Shown here one piece after another: positions 48,118 to 60,000 of a stretch of DNA of 64,000 nt. Source of the DNA: Macrostomum hystrix (Eukaryota > Animalia > Platyhelminthes); NCBI GenBank assembly GCA_950097015.1, contig CATNEN010000001.1, forward strand, positions 22,816,001 through 22,880,000. Reading direction: 5' to 3'. The position numbers and the translations under genes are program-made. The notes below the pieces were generated by a model, which did no database searches, had not been told where the DNA came from, and saw only the letters and a program-made list of their open reading frames with translations. The stretch's first letter is position 1. Each line of letters opens with the position of its first letter.

Positions 48118-48285
48118 GGAGGATTGCACACCTGCTGATCATTGCTGTAGAGGATTGCACACCTGCTGCTTATTGCTGTAGAGGATTGCACACCTGCTGC
48201 TCATTGCTGTAGAGGATTGCACACCTGCTGCTCATTGCTGTAGAGGATTGCACACCTGCTAATCATTGCTGTAGAGGATTGCACA
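48118..48285. repeat. 31-bp tandem repeat, ~5 copies
   Basis: GGATTGCACACCTGCTGCTCATTGCTGTAGA. Confidence 0.9.
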
Positions 48286-48796
48286 ATGCCGAGACAATGC
48301 CCCAGTTTGATGTCATCTATCGAGATTAACAGAGTTTAGTTTCAAGTATTAGTTCATCATTAGTATAATGGAATGTATACCTACTCACTTCTCACTGTAA
48401 TTAATAAACTCAGCCAAATCCACAAAAGTACAAGCACAGACAGGCCAAGGGCCAGGCAAAACAGATTTGTTATGCAGTCCGCCTATCGTCCAAAATCATC
48501 TCCGACCTCTTGGACCTTCATGATTTCAATCGCTTCGTTAGCCTAAAATTAATGAGCAGGCGTCTAGAGCAGACAGGATAATGAGTGAGACATGAATGCG
48601 CATTGATTGCAGCACTCGCAGCATTCTACTTGTAAGTAGTGAGAAGGAAATTATATTTTAAAGTTGTTTTATATAAATTTGGCCTATTTAGGGCAACTAA
48701 AATGAAAATTCGCTGTAATTTCAGCCAAGGAACACTGGTAGTTCACACAAGGACTACTTTAGTACTTTACCTCTCATGCACAGAGGCAGTTGTATA

Positions 48797-49677
48797 TGTT
48801 GTGAGCTGCGTCTCACAATGACCTTGCTCCGACCCCTGCGTCTCTAACCCTTCCACCCCGGCCACATGCTCAATCCAGTTCTGCCGGGACCCGGCTTATG
48901 CCACCCTCCTTTATCGTTGTTTGTCGCTCGCCCATTGGCTGCCCCCTGCGCCGTCCTCGCTAGTCCAATCAGGCCTCACGCCAAGGAGACTTCTGATTGG
49001 CTAGCCGGCCTCCTTCTCTCTCTCTCGGCTCTCAGCCTTGTATGTTTGCCCCCACCCCAGCCCTGCGTGGCTTAGCCCTACCCCGTCCAGCCTTATGCCA
49101 TCGCCCCACCCCATGCTGTTATTTATTAGCGCGCGCTGCCCGTGGCCAGCCCCGCGCCCCCCTCCCGAGTACTATTGTGAGAACGCTGCCCTGAGTTAGA
49201 AGCGAACAATCCATACAATAATAAACTACGCAGCCTGAGCTACACTAATTGCCATGAGTGCAGCGTTCGATCCCTCCCGGTAAGAAAAGCATTAACGAGT
49301 TATTTATTTGTCCGTGCTTAAACCTTGTTCCTCTGCCCGACCTCTGCTACTGCCAAAAGCTCATCATCATCATCCTTCTCCTCCAGAGTCTTTCCTCGAG
49401 TCTGCGAAGCGTCGGTACGCCTCCAGACCGTCATCCACCTCTCTCTGGGGCTGTCGAATGGCTACCCGCTCGCAGTCAAAGCCTTCACGAATCCTTCTGT
49501 GCCGGGCTTAGCGAGTGTCTGTACGCTCCAAGCCCATCCCGTCTCTCCTCGGAGTGTCTGAACGCCTCGAGGGTCGCTGCTTCCCATCCCTCCTCCCCCG
49601 GCAAGCTTTGGGCGGTCCGTACCCGAACCCCTACTACCGCGTCGGCGAACTGCCGACGGTACCGATAAACTACAACA
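48797..49677 (+). mobile_element. Solo LTR (881 bp), Gypsy-like, with 4-bp TSD TATA
   Basis: TGTTGT...ACAACA termini; TATA at 48793-48796 and 49678-49681; internal CCAAT and AATAAA. Confidence 0.85.
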
Positions 49678-49814
49678 TATATGATACGATGAACCGTTTT
49701 TCGCATTGTACTCAGAAAAGAGGTCCGGAGTTCGAGTCTGAGGTAACGGGTAAACTTTTTTGTCCTCGACTACTACGAGCGTACACATAATTTATGGTTT
49801 CAATTCTCTCCATT

Positions 49815-49980
49815 TGTACGCAGGCACACGCTCACACAGGTGTGTACATCTATCCGACTTTCTCATTGTCAGGCAGTGTTCACTCTCCCTGTGCCTTGGA
49901 GGTTAGCCCTCAAGGGCGTAAATTGCACGACAAGCCCGCAAGCCTTCTCTCAGCCGCTGCGCCCCAAATCAATGTGGCCT
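49815..49980 (+). repeat. Dispersed hairpin repeat family copy
   Basis: Matches 21450-21570 and the reverse complement of 25443-25600. Confidence 0.75.
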
Positions 49981-50773
49981 CGTTCCTTTGGCCTCATTTA
50001 TAAGCACACTGTATTTTTCTAGCAACTTGATTTTGTGAAACATAAAACGTTGCTCTTCCATCTCGATTGAGTTAACCGGAGTTGTGCGACTGAGTCGGTG
50101 GTGCTGGCACTGAATCATGTCTTGTTTCGGTCCACTGACTGCTGCATTTTATAGGGACCGTACAGACATTTTTATTCAGAAAGGGAAGCTAAAACTATGC
50201 GCCCGCGTTAGATGAGTTTTGAGTGTAAAAACCAAGAGCGAATACTCAATGCCCACACATTCACCTCACCAGCTGGAAGACCTTGGCTCGTAACAATGGG
50301 CCAGGATAAACAAAGGAATATGAGTTCATGTCTTTTTCGAATGAGTCCATATTTTTCTTAAAATACAATCAATTATCTCAGCTTAGAATCATTCCCAAAT
50401 CATACCACCATGAATCATATAAAATTCATAAGTCCCGACAGAAAGCAGTGCCTGAATACATTTTTATGTGTCAATCATCTGTCTGTCGGAGGATACGAAT
50501 ATAATTTGAATGCATAGCTAAAAATGTAATTTAAATAGCAACTGAACTTGCATGGAAAGCAAACGAGCGATTTTACTGCGCTTCTGTGAATAAAACTCAA
50601 TTGTGGACGGCCCACAAAGCAGGCTGGAATTTGCAATCTGGGAGAGCAATCTCAGCAAGTCAATCAGGCTTCAGATTGCACCCTTGAAGTATAAGAAACA
50701 ATGAGCCACTTCAGTATATCATATGCAAGGGCCAATCACCCTTACTATGATTTGGGTCCAGACGAGAAATGAA

Positions 50774-51663
50774 ATCCCAGTTCGGGCGCCAATGTTGTAG
50801 TTCCTCGGTATGGTCGGCAGTTCGCCAACGCGGTAGTAGGGGTTCGGGTACGGACCGCCCAAAGCTTGCCGGGGGTGGAGGGAGGGGAAGCAGCGACCCT
50901 CGAGGCGTCCAGACACTCCGAGGAGAGACGGGGCGGACTTGGAACGTACCGACACTCGCTAAGCCCTGACTAAAGGCTTTGACTGCGAGCGGGTAGCCAC
51001 TCGACAGCCCCAGAGAGGTGGATGATGGTCTGGAGGCGTACCGACACTTCGCAGACTCGAGGGTAGACTCTGGAGGAGAAGGATGATGATGAGCTTTTGG
51101 CAGAGGTCGAACAGAGGAACAAGGTTTGAGCACGGACAAATAAATAACTCGTTAATGCTATTCTTACCGGGAGGGATTGAACGCTGCACTCATGGCAATT
51201 AGTGTAGCTCAGGCTGCGTAGTTTATTATTGATCGTTCGCTTCTTACTCTTAAGTTCGCTCTAACTGAGGGCAACGTTCTCGCAATAGTACTCGGGAGGC
51301 GCGGGGCTGGCTACGGGCAGCGCGCGCTAATAAATAACAGCGTGGGGTGGGGCGAGGGCATAGGGCTGGACGGGGTAGGGCTAAGCTACGCAGGGCTGGG
51401 GTGGGGGCAAACACACAAGGCTGAGAGCCGAGAGAGAGAGAGGGAAGGAGACCGGCTAGCCAATCAGAAGTCTCCTTGGCGAGAGGCCTGATTGGACTAG
51501 CGAGGACGGCGCATTGGGCAGCCAATGGGCGAACGACAACCAACGATAAAGGAGGGTGGCCTAAGCCGGGGCCGGCCAGAACTGGGTTGAGCAGGTGGCC
51601 GGGGTGGAAGGGTTAGAGACGCAGGGGTCGGGGCAAGGTCATTGTGAGACGCAGCTCACAACA
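50774..51663 (-). mobile_element. 5' LTR of the same family (50793-51663) with a tRNA-Lys primer-binding site; internal region apparently lost
   Basis: Reverse-complement similarity to 48797-49677 over its length. LTR end ACAACA is followed by T-TGGCGCCCGAACTGGGAT, 16/18 to the tRNA-Lys(UUU) PBS TGGCGCCCGAACAGGGAC. Confidence 0.85.
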
Positions 51664-51979
51664 CTTGGATGAGTGAAAGCAACAGAATGCCCTATCATTA
51701 GCGTCCTTGAAAGGTCGCTACCACCAGGTCATTTTTCACTATTTCTAAGTTGAATTTTTAGTCTAAGCTGCAATATGAAGAGAATGTGCAGATTATCAAT
51801 GTATTAAATAATCAAAAATTTTTGTCCATTTAACAAGAATTTCTTGTCTGTAAGGTACGAGTCATCTTATCTTATTACATTTATTTCTATAGTACGATTT
51901 TTTTCTACCGCAATATTTCGTCTATGGCCCAATCATATCTATGCCATATGTATATGCCATACGTTTATGAAGAAATGTA

Positions 51980-52118
51980 TAATATTTCCCATTTATTTCG
52001 GCTCCCTAGGATGGAAGGCTCGAGGCGCAAATTTATTGACCGAGGCGAAGCCGAGGTCAATGAATGTCGCGCCGAGTGCTTTTCACCCATAGACGGCCGA
52101 AAGAAATGGGAAATATGG
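51980..52118. mobile_element. Palindromic MITE-like element centred on CCGAGGCGAAGCCGAGG
   Basis: Arms ATATTTCCCATTT.TTTCGGC...ATTGACC / GGTCAAT...GCCGAAA.AAATGGGAAATAT. Confidence 0.6.
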
Positions 52119-52782
52119 TATGTATTCCCTGTTTGCCCGCCAACTTTGAATGTACTTTTATGCTCTGTGTATAAACTCTGACTCTCTTTCTCTCTCGGAC
52201 TCTTTACATAGTCTATGGTAAAAAGCAGACCTGTTTGAAGAAGAAGCGTCTGTGGTAAAAAGTGTACACTAGGCGTGTAAGGCTGGAAAGGCTTTCTGAG
52301 CTATGGCTAGCTTTGAGCTACGTTATTTTTATTCCCCCCCAGACATCTGTGAGTTGTCTATGGTAAGCGTTCCGTTTATCCGCCCCGGGCGAGCGCGAAA
52401 TAAATCATTTATTTCCCGGGGCAAATAAATGAAATGCTTTGAGACATAGACGGGGTCGGGCAAACGGGGAATAGATGCATAGATGAGATTGGAAATAACA
52501 GAATACATTTTCCTGTTTAAAGTCCTCTGCAAAAGATATTTCATGGGTCTAACAGGCTCTATTAGTTCTTCAATATAGAAACTTGTCAAACTGAAGTAGA
52601 AAGCCAGTACGAGTATTTGAACAGAGTTTTCGCGACGAATCATAGCCGCTCAAAAGGGCTGGATTGGATGCGAAAAAATATTAAATGCAAATGAAATTGG
52701 AATCTTCCAACCTGCCATCTAACAATGGAAGGCATTGTCTCCGAGTCATAAAAAGTTTATCTGGATTAAAAAAAATAAGAAA

Positions 52783-53568
52783 ATGCATTTGAGAATGCAG
52801 TTTTCCATATTTGTCGGAGGCTTGCGAATCACTTCAGTCTATATCGCGACGGCTCTATTGCTTGTGGGCTCAACCAGCATCTACCACAAAATCAACGGAC
52901 TGCTCTGCATGAGAAGCGAGTTCATCGAAGCGCGCCTTGATGGCGACTCGTCGATAATCGAATGCTCGAGCCTGTGCAGCCGCAGCCAGCGCTGCCAGGC
53001 GTTTTCAATGGCTCCTTGTCGGCTGTTCGTGTTCGACAGGTGCAGCAAAAACGTGAGAGACTGCAGCTGCACCCGTACAGGTCAGGTGTATGTGAAACAA
53101 CAGTCGGGACTGCAGCCAGGAGCTCTTTGTCCTCCTGGCTACGCGAGTGACTTCTGTGGAGCCAAGTACAAGTTCATGAGCTGTGCAGGAAACTGGACCA
53201 GATGTAAAGGCATGTGCGATACTGAGCCTGGACTCGTCATCATGGCCGACGTGATTGACGCTGCTGAGCTGCAATTTGTGAAACAGATGGCTGCCAGCAA
53301 GCTGTCCAGCCTGCCACCTGGTCTGTCGGCCATCTATTTGGGAGGCTGGCAGCCTCCGGGAAGTCCCGAGCCGTCAGGGGGCTGGAAATGGGTCAGCTGC
53401 GGTCTGAGCATCTCGACTGCGATGTGGAGCAGCGGTGAGCCCAACAATGGCGGCGCCGGAGAGGATCGAGCCGCTGCTGACTATTTGAATAAGTTCATCG
53501 ACCTGCCCACGGACAACTACGGCCACGCTGCGGGAGGCTACTGCGAGTGCCTTTCGCCGTTCGTCTGA
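52783..53568 (+). CDS. Probably secreted PAN/apple-like + C-type lectin domain protein (single coding exon)
   Basis: Hydrophobic N-terminus; SIIECSSLC...CQAF...CRLF (PAN-like); W..CKGMC, YLGG, WKW, WSSGEPNN, YCE (CTLD). Confidence 0.8.
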   Translation: MHLRMQFSIFVGGLRITSVYIATALLLVGSTSIYHKINGLLCMRSEFIEARLDGDSSIIECSSLCSRSQRCQAFSMAPCRLFVFDRCSKNVRDCSCTRTGQVYVKQQSGLQPGALCPPGYASDFCGAKYKFMSCAGNWTRCKGMCDTEPGLVIMADVIDAAELQFVKQMAASKLSSLPPGLSAIYLGGWQPPGSPEPSGGWKWVSCGLSISTAMWSSGEPNNGGAGEDRAAADYLNKFIDLPTDNYGHAAGGYCECLSPFV

Positions 53569-54304
53569 ATAGTTGTGCGAAAGATGCGTTGTCAATACTT
53601 TTCCCTTCTCTCTGTGTTTGTTTCCGCTCACACGCCCCTCCAATTGTACTTTTTCCTCTCTCGCTCCATCTGTTCAACGTCTTAGCTAACCTTAAAATCT
53701 CTTTCCTCTCCCTCGTCTATGATTGGCCAGCTGTTCGTCCGTCTCTCTTTCTCCACCCCTCCTTTTCAGCTCTTACCCTCTAGCCCGTCTTGTCTCTTGG
53801 TAAATATATTAGATTCTCGGCCACTTTTTGATTGGATAAAGACTGGCTCTAACATTGAAGACTGCTTTAGTTTGAGAAGTTACTGCATGCGTTGACGAGA
53901 CCCAAAAACAAAAAAAGGAAAATGTGACAGAAGCTGTTTAAATAAACCTTTTAAAAATGATAAATGCTTTACGTTTTTCTTTACAATCGCTTCAGAAAGT
54001 AGATTGTGAGAATAGCAACTAATGGCAAGTCATTAAGGAGAAATTTACCCCAATGCTCTTTATGATATTACGAAATAAAAAAATGATATTTTGTCTGGAT
54101 TTTTTTGAGAAATTTTAAGCTGAAATATAAAAAACCAAGCGTCAAGTACCACTAGAGACAGATGGATATTGACCTCACGATTTTTAAGGAATTTCGTTCA
54201 AGGCTCTAGTGGATTAAAATATTCTTCACAACAGTAGACACTGTAAGAAAATTGCATGGATAACATACATCAAGTATCTATCATTCATCTTATATATCAC
54301 ATAC

Positions 54305-54768
54305 ATCAAATGAGGCAATCTAACACTCAAATGGGACAATCCCACACTCAAATGAGACAATCCCACACTCAAATGGGACAATCCCACACTCAAATGAGAC
54401 AGTCCCACACTCAAATAAGACAATGCCACACTCAAATGAGACAGTCCCACACTCAAATGAGACAATCCCACACTCAAATGAGACAATCCCACACTCAAAT
54501 GAGACAATCCCACACTCAAATGAGACAATCCCACACTCAAATGAGACAATCCCACACTCAAATAAGACAATCACACACTCAAATGAGACAATCCCACAGT
54601 CAAATGAGACAGTCCCACACTCAAATGAGACAGTCCCACACTCAAATGAGACAATCCCACACTCAAATGAGACAGTCCCACACTCAAATGAGACAGTCCC
54701 ACACTCAAATGAGACAGTCCCACACTCAAATGAGACAGTCCCACACTCAAATGAGACAATTCCACACT
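54305..54768. repeat. 21-bp tandem repeat (CACTCAAATGAGACARTCCCA)
   Basis: Tandem array; the overlapping ORFs are artefacts. Confidence 0.95.
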
Positions 54769-56199
54769 TATTTTTTTAGTTGATTTATAATCTTTTTCGC
54801 CACATTTTTCTGTTAGAAATAATCAGAAAATGATCGTAATACACTCTCTTTATAAGTAGCGTGCAGCAGAAAAGCATGCTCTTTTTTATTTAGATTTGTA
54901 TTAGAAAGCTTTTTAGTTGTGGGATAAATCGAATCGTATGTTCTAGTATTCGGCTGATTATCGGCGTAATATTATCAACTTCTTGCCTTGAAAGCTAAAT
55001 TCGAACGAATTCTAAGAAATCAAGAATCAGTTGTAACAGCTACTGGTACGCTGAAGCTATGGGGAATTAAGTGCTTCTTTTAGGCTAAGATTAGAACTCC
55101 AAACCTCTCGGCCAGAAGATCGAAGGTCTAACCAGTGGGCTGCGAAGCTCTGGTTGGGCAAAAAAGGCTTTTGTATTGCCCTGTGATCATCTTATCCATA
55201 GCCTTCTCACTTCAACAAAAATCCCAGTCAACTCACGAAAAGCCAGGGAGAAGATTAGCAACATTTCCGCTCGACTGCAGCCGAGCAAGAAGAGGTCTCT
55301 TTAGAATGCAAGATGAGCGACCTTCGTTTGGACTCAGATTCCGGAAATTCCAGAATTTGATATCTTCCGAGGCCAGGAAAATGCTTTAGTCCAGTCTCGT
55401 GGGATGTCATCACGAAGGATTTGATGCATACTTCTACCAGAATGATCTCTAATTCTTGGAATTTATAGCTTTTTTCGTTTGTTTGGTTGATGTAAAAAGT
55501 ACACATTAACGATAATAGTAGATAATGATGCCTAGAAGCTGAGTCTGTCGATTGAAAAAAGCAGCATCAGCAGCTGAGTGTATACCACCGCCTTCGATAA
55601 CACATTCAGGCTCATCTAGGGAGCGCTGAGACGCATGCCAGTGGAAATGTCTCATTACCAGGCATTGTGCCTGGTAAGCTTCTTGGTGCGCGGGGGGTGA
55701 CCCAGAGTAATTACACATCTTCACAGCCTTCCGACCGACCTTCTTCACAAGCTTAACTGTGAAACCTTTCAACTGCATCAGTCACTCTGTTGCCAACGAG
55801 TTTGCTTTCAATGAACTGTCGAAGGAACTCAATAATCCATGTCATTTTTCATGTTTGTTCGGGGTCAAATTTGAGTTTTAAACTCGGAAAAATTAGTTGC
55901 GTGTACTTAAACATGACTTCAGGGGTCATGCGAGAGGATGTTTGAGAGGATTTACGAGGTCGAGGAAACCATGCTGTGTTATCGGCAGATCTGTTCGCCA
56001 AAGGAGTGCGAAAGACTGCATTCTGTGCAGCTGTCTTGCTGTCTATGGCCGTAATCTAAAGTAAATAGTGGGGCACAAATGACAATGTTTTTACCCTTAT
56101 CTCACTCTCGTTCGCTTCTTCTTAGATACTGTCTATGGTCCAAGGCGGCTACAGCAAACCTTTCAGTCATTTGCTCCAACGAACGAGGAAAATCACCTG

Positions 56200-56400
56200 T
56201 TGTAGTTAGCCTACGCGTGTTAAAACAAGGTTAAAACTAACGAAAGCCCGCCCTCTGCTGTTGTCTATGGTCGAATTCCATAGATATGCACAGCGGGCGT
56301 GCCGTGAAACGCGTTTCACACCCGCTAACTACAATATACCAATTTTGATAGGCTGCAGAGGGCTGAAACGAGGTAAAACGTCGAGGCGCGTAGCGCGTCA
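56200..56400. mobile_element. Truncated second copy of the 15534-15785 palindromic element
   Basis: Near-identical GCCCGCCCTCTGCTGTTGTCTATGGTC...GCTAACTACAATATACCAAT. Confidence 0.75.
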
Positions 56401-57049
56401 CCAAGCTCTAAGCGAATTTCTTGGATCTTTGGAAAACTGCAAAGGCACGCTTGACAATTGCTAAGTGGCCGTATTCTTGACATAGTCGAAAAGTACATTT
56501 AGTGAATTCAAATGGAGTTGTACTGGCACCAGATGCCAATGTGAGGGTAAAATAGGTCGAGTCACTCAGCATCAAGCAGCAAGCAAAGTGGTCCACACGG
56601 TACCCTGTCTTATGAATTATGACTGGCGAGTCACCAAACCAGATTCTTTATTCATCATGCAGCAGGCTAGAAAAGTGCGCCTGGCGCGGAGATCAGATAG
56701 CAAGCGGCGCATTCATATTGCAATTTCAGGGAGACCGCCCGGCTGCTCCATCATTTCAGTGGGTCGGCGATGCATGGCCTGTCTCAATATTTGCTTTTCA
56801 ACCAGTCTCACCTCCGGCTCCCTACAGAGCACATTCCCGCGAGGATTTTTCTGCCTATATTTGAAGGAAAATTGCTGCTCACGAAATAGACAGCTCGGAG
56901 AAGCAAACATTTTTTGGGCGCCTTTGCGAAAGCCCTGCGTATTTTATATTATTAATCATTGCTTGCCAATAGCGACATCAATTACTTGCTGTAGTTTGTT
57001 ATTTGTTACGAACACTGTTTTAAATTCTCAGTAAGCATTGTCCGTCTGT

Positions 57050-60000
57050 CCTTCACCCATCTTTTCCTCCTCACCCATCTCTCACCCATCTCTCCCTCCT
57101 TCACCCATCTCTCACCAATCTATCGCTCCTTCACACATCTCTCTCCAATCTATCTCTCCTTCACCCACCTCTCACCAATCTATCTCTCCTTCACACATCT
57201 CTCACCAATCTATCTCTCTTTCACCCATCTCTCTCCAATCTATCTCTCCTTCACCCATCTCTCACCAATCTATCTCTCCTTCACCCATCTCTCTCCAATC
57301 TATCTCTCCTTCACCCATCTCTCACCAATATATCGCTCCTTCACACATCTCCCTCCAATCTATCTCTCCTTCACCCATCTCTCTCCAATCTATCGCTCCT
57401 TCACACATCTCCCTCCAATCTATCTCTCCTTCACACATCTCTCACCCATCTCTCACTCCTTCACCCATCTCTCCCTCCTTCACCCATCTCTCCCTCCTTC
57501 ACCCATCTCTCCCTCCTTCACATAACCCTCTCACCAATCTATCTCTCCTTCACACATCTCTCACCAATCTATCTCTCTTTCACCCATCTCTCTCCAATCT
57601 ATCTCTCCTTCACCCATCTCTCTCCAATCTATCTCTCCTTCACCCATCTCTCACCAATATATCGCTCCTTCACACATCTCTCACCAATCTATCTCTCCTT
57701 CACACATCTCTCACCAATCTATCGCTCCTTCACCCATCTCTCACCAATCTATCTCTCCTTCACACATCTCTCTCCAATCTATCGCTCCTTCACCCACCTC
57801 TCACCAATCTATCTCTCCTTCACCCATCTCTCACCAATCTATCTCTCCTTCACACATCTCTCACCAATCTATCGCTCCTTCACACATCTCTCACCAATCT
57901 ATCTCTCCTTCACACATCTCTCACCAATCTATCGCTCCTTCACACATCTCTCTCCAATCTATCGCTCCTTCACCCATCTCTCACCAATCTATCTCTCCTT
58001 CACCCATCTCTCACCAATCTATTTCTCCTTCACCCATCTCTCTCCAATCTATCTCTCCTTCACACATCTCTCACCAATCTATCGCTCCTTCACACATCTC
58101 TCTCCAGTCTATCTCTCCTTCACTCATCTCTCACCAATCTATCTCTCCTTCACCCATCTCTCTCCAATCTATCTCTCCTTCACCCATCTCTCACCAATCT
58201 ATCTCTCATTCACCCATCTCTCACCAATCTATCTCTCCTTCACCCATCTCTCTCCAATCTATCTCTCCTTCACCCATCTCTCACCAATCTATCGCTCCTT
58301 CACACATCTATCACCAATCTATCTCTCCTTCACCCATCTCTCACCAATCTATCTCTCCTTCACCCATCTCTCTCCAATCTATCTCTCCTTCACACATCTC
58401 TCACCAATCTATCTCTCCTTCACCCATCTCTCACCAATCTATCGCTCCTTCACACATCTCTCACCAATCTATCTCTCCTTCACCCATCTCTCACCAATCT
58501 ATCTCTCCTTCACCCATCTCTCACCAATCTATCTCTCCTTCACCCATCTCTCACCAATCTATCTCTCCTTCACCCATCTCTCACCAATCTATTTCTCCTT
58601 CACCCATCTCTCTCCAATCTATCTCTCCTTCACACATCTCTCACCAATCTATCTCTCCTTCACCCATCTCTCACCAATCTATCGCTCCTTCACACATCTC
58701 TCACCAATCTATCTCTCCTTCACCCATCTCTCTCCAATCTATCTCTCCTTCACACATCTCTCACCAATCTATCTCTCCTTCACCCATCTCTCACCAATCT
58801 ATCGCTCCTTCACACATCTCTCACCAATCTATCTCTCCTTCACTCATCTCTCACCAATCTATCTCTCCTTCACCCATCTCTCTCCAATCTATCTCTCCTT
58901 CACCCATCTCTCACCAATCTATTTCTCCTTCACCCATCTCTCACCAATCTATTTCTCCTTCACACATCTCTCTCCAATCTATCTCTCCTTCACCCATCTC
59001 TCACCAATCTATCTCTCCTTCACACATCTCTCACCAATCAATCTCTCCTTCACCCATCTCTCTCCAATCTATCTCTCCTTCACCCATCTCTCACCAATCT
59101 ATCGCTCCTTCACACATCTATCACCAATCTATCTCTCCTTCACCCATCTCTCACCAATCTATCTCTCCTTCACCCATCTCTCTCCAATCTATCGCTCCTT
59201 CACACATCTCTCACCAATCTATCTCTCCTTCACCCATCTCTCACCAATCTATCTCTCCTTCACCCATCTCTCACCAATCTATCTCTCCTTCACCCATCTC
59301 TCACCAATCTATCTCTCCTTCACCCATCTCTCACCAATCTATTTCTCCTTCACCCATCTCTCTCCAATCTATCTCTCCTTCACACATCTCTCACCAATCT
59401 ATCTCTCCTTCACCCATCTCTCACCAATCTATCGCTCCTTCACACATCTCTCACCAATCTATCTCTCCTTCACCCATCTCTCACCAATCTATCGCTCCTT
59501 CACACATCTCTCACCAATCTATCTCTCCTTCACCCATCTCTCACCAATCTATCTCTCCTTCACCCATCTCTCACCAATCTATCCCTCCTTCACCCATCTC
59601 TCTCCAATCTATCGCTCCTTCACACATCTCTCACCAATCTATCTCTCCTTCACCCATCTCTCACCAATCTATCGCTCCTTCACACATCTCTCTCCAGTCT
59701 ATCTCTCCTTCACTCATCTCTCACCAATCTATCTCTCCTTCACCCATCTCTCTCCAATCTATCTCTCCTTCACCCATCTCTCACCAATCTATTTCTCCTT
59801 CACCCATCTCTCTCCAATCTATCTCTCCTTCACACATCTCTCACCAATCTATCTCTCCTTCACCCATCTCTCACCAATCTATCTCTCCTTCACCCATCTC
59901 TCACCAATCTATCTCTCCTTCACCCATCTCTCTCCAATCTATCTCTCCTTCACCCATCTCTCACCAATCTATCGCTCCTTCACACATCTATCACCAATCT

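Noticed and set aside
48797-51663. Single DNA transposon with ~870-bp TIRs
   Set aside because: The left arm has its own TSD and the right arm has a PBS; no shared TSD flanks the pair.
54256-54783. (MRQSHTQ)n ORF
   Set aside because: Translation of a 21-bp minisatellite with no other coding evidence.
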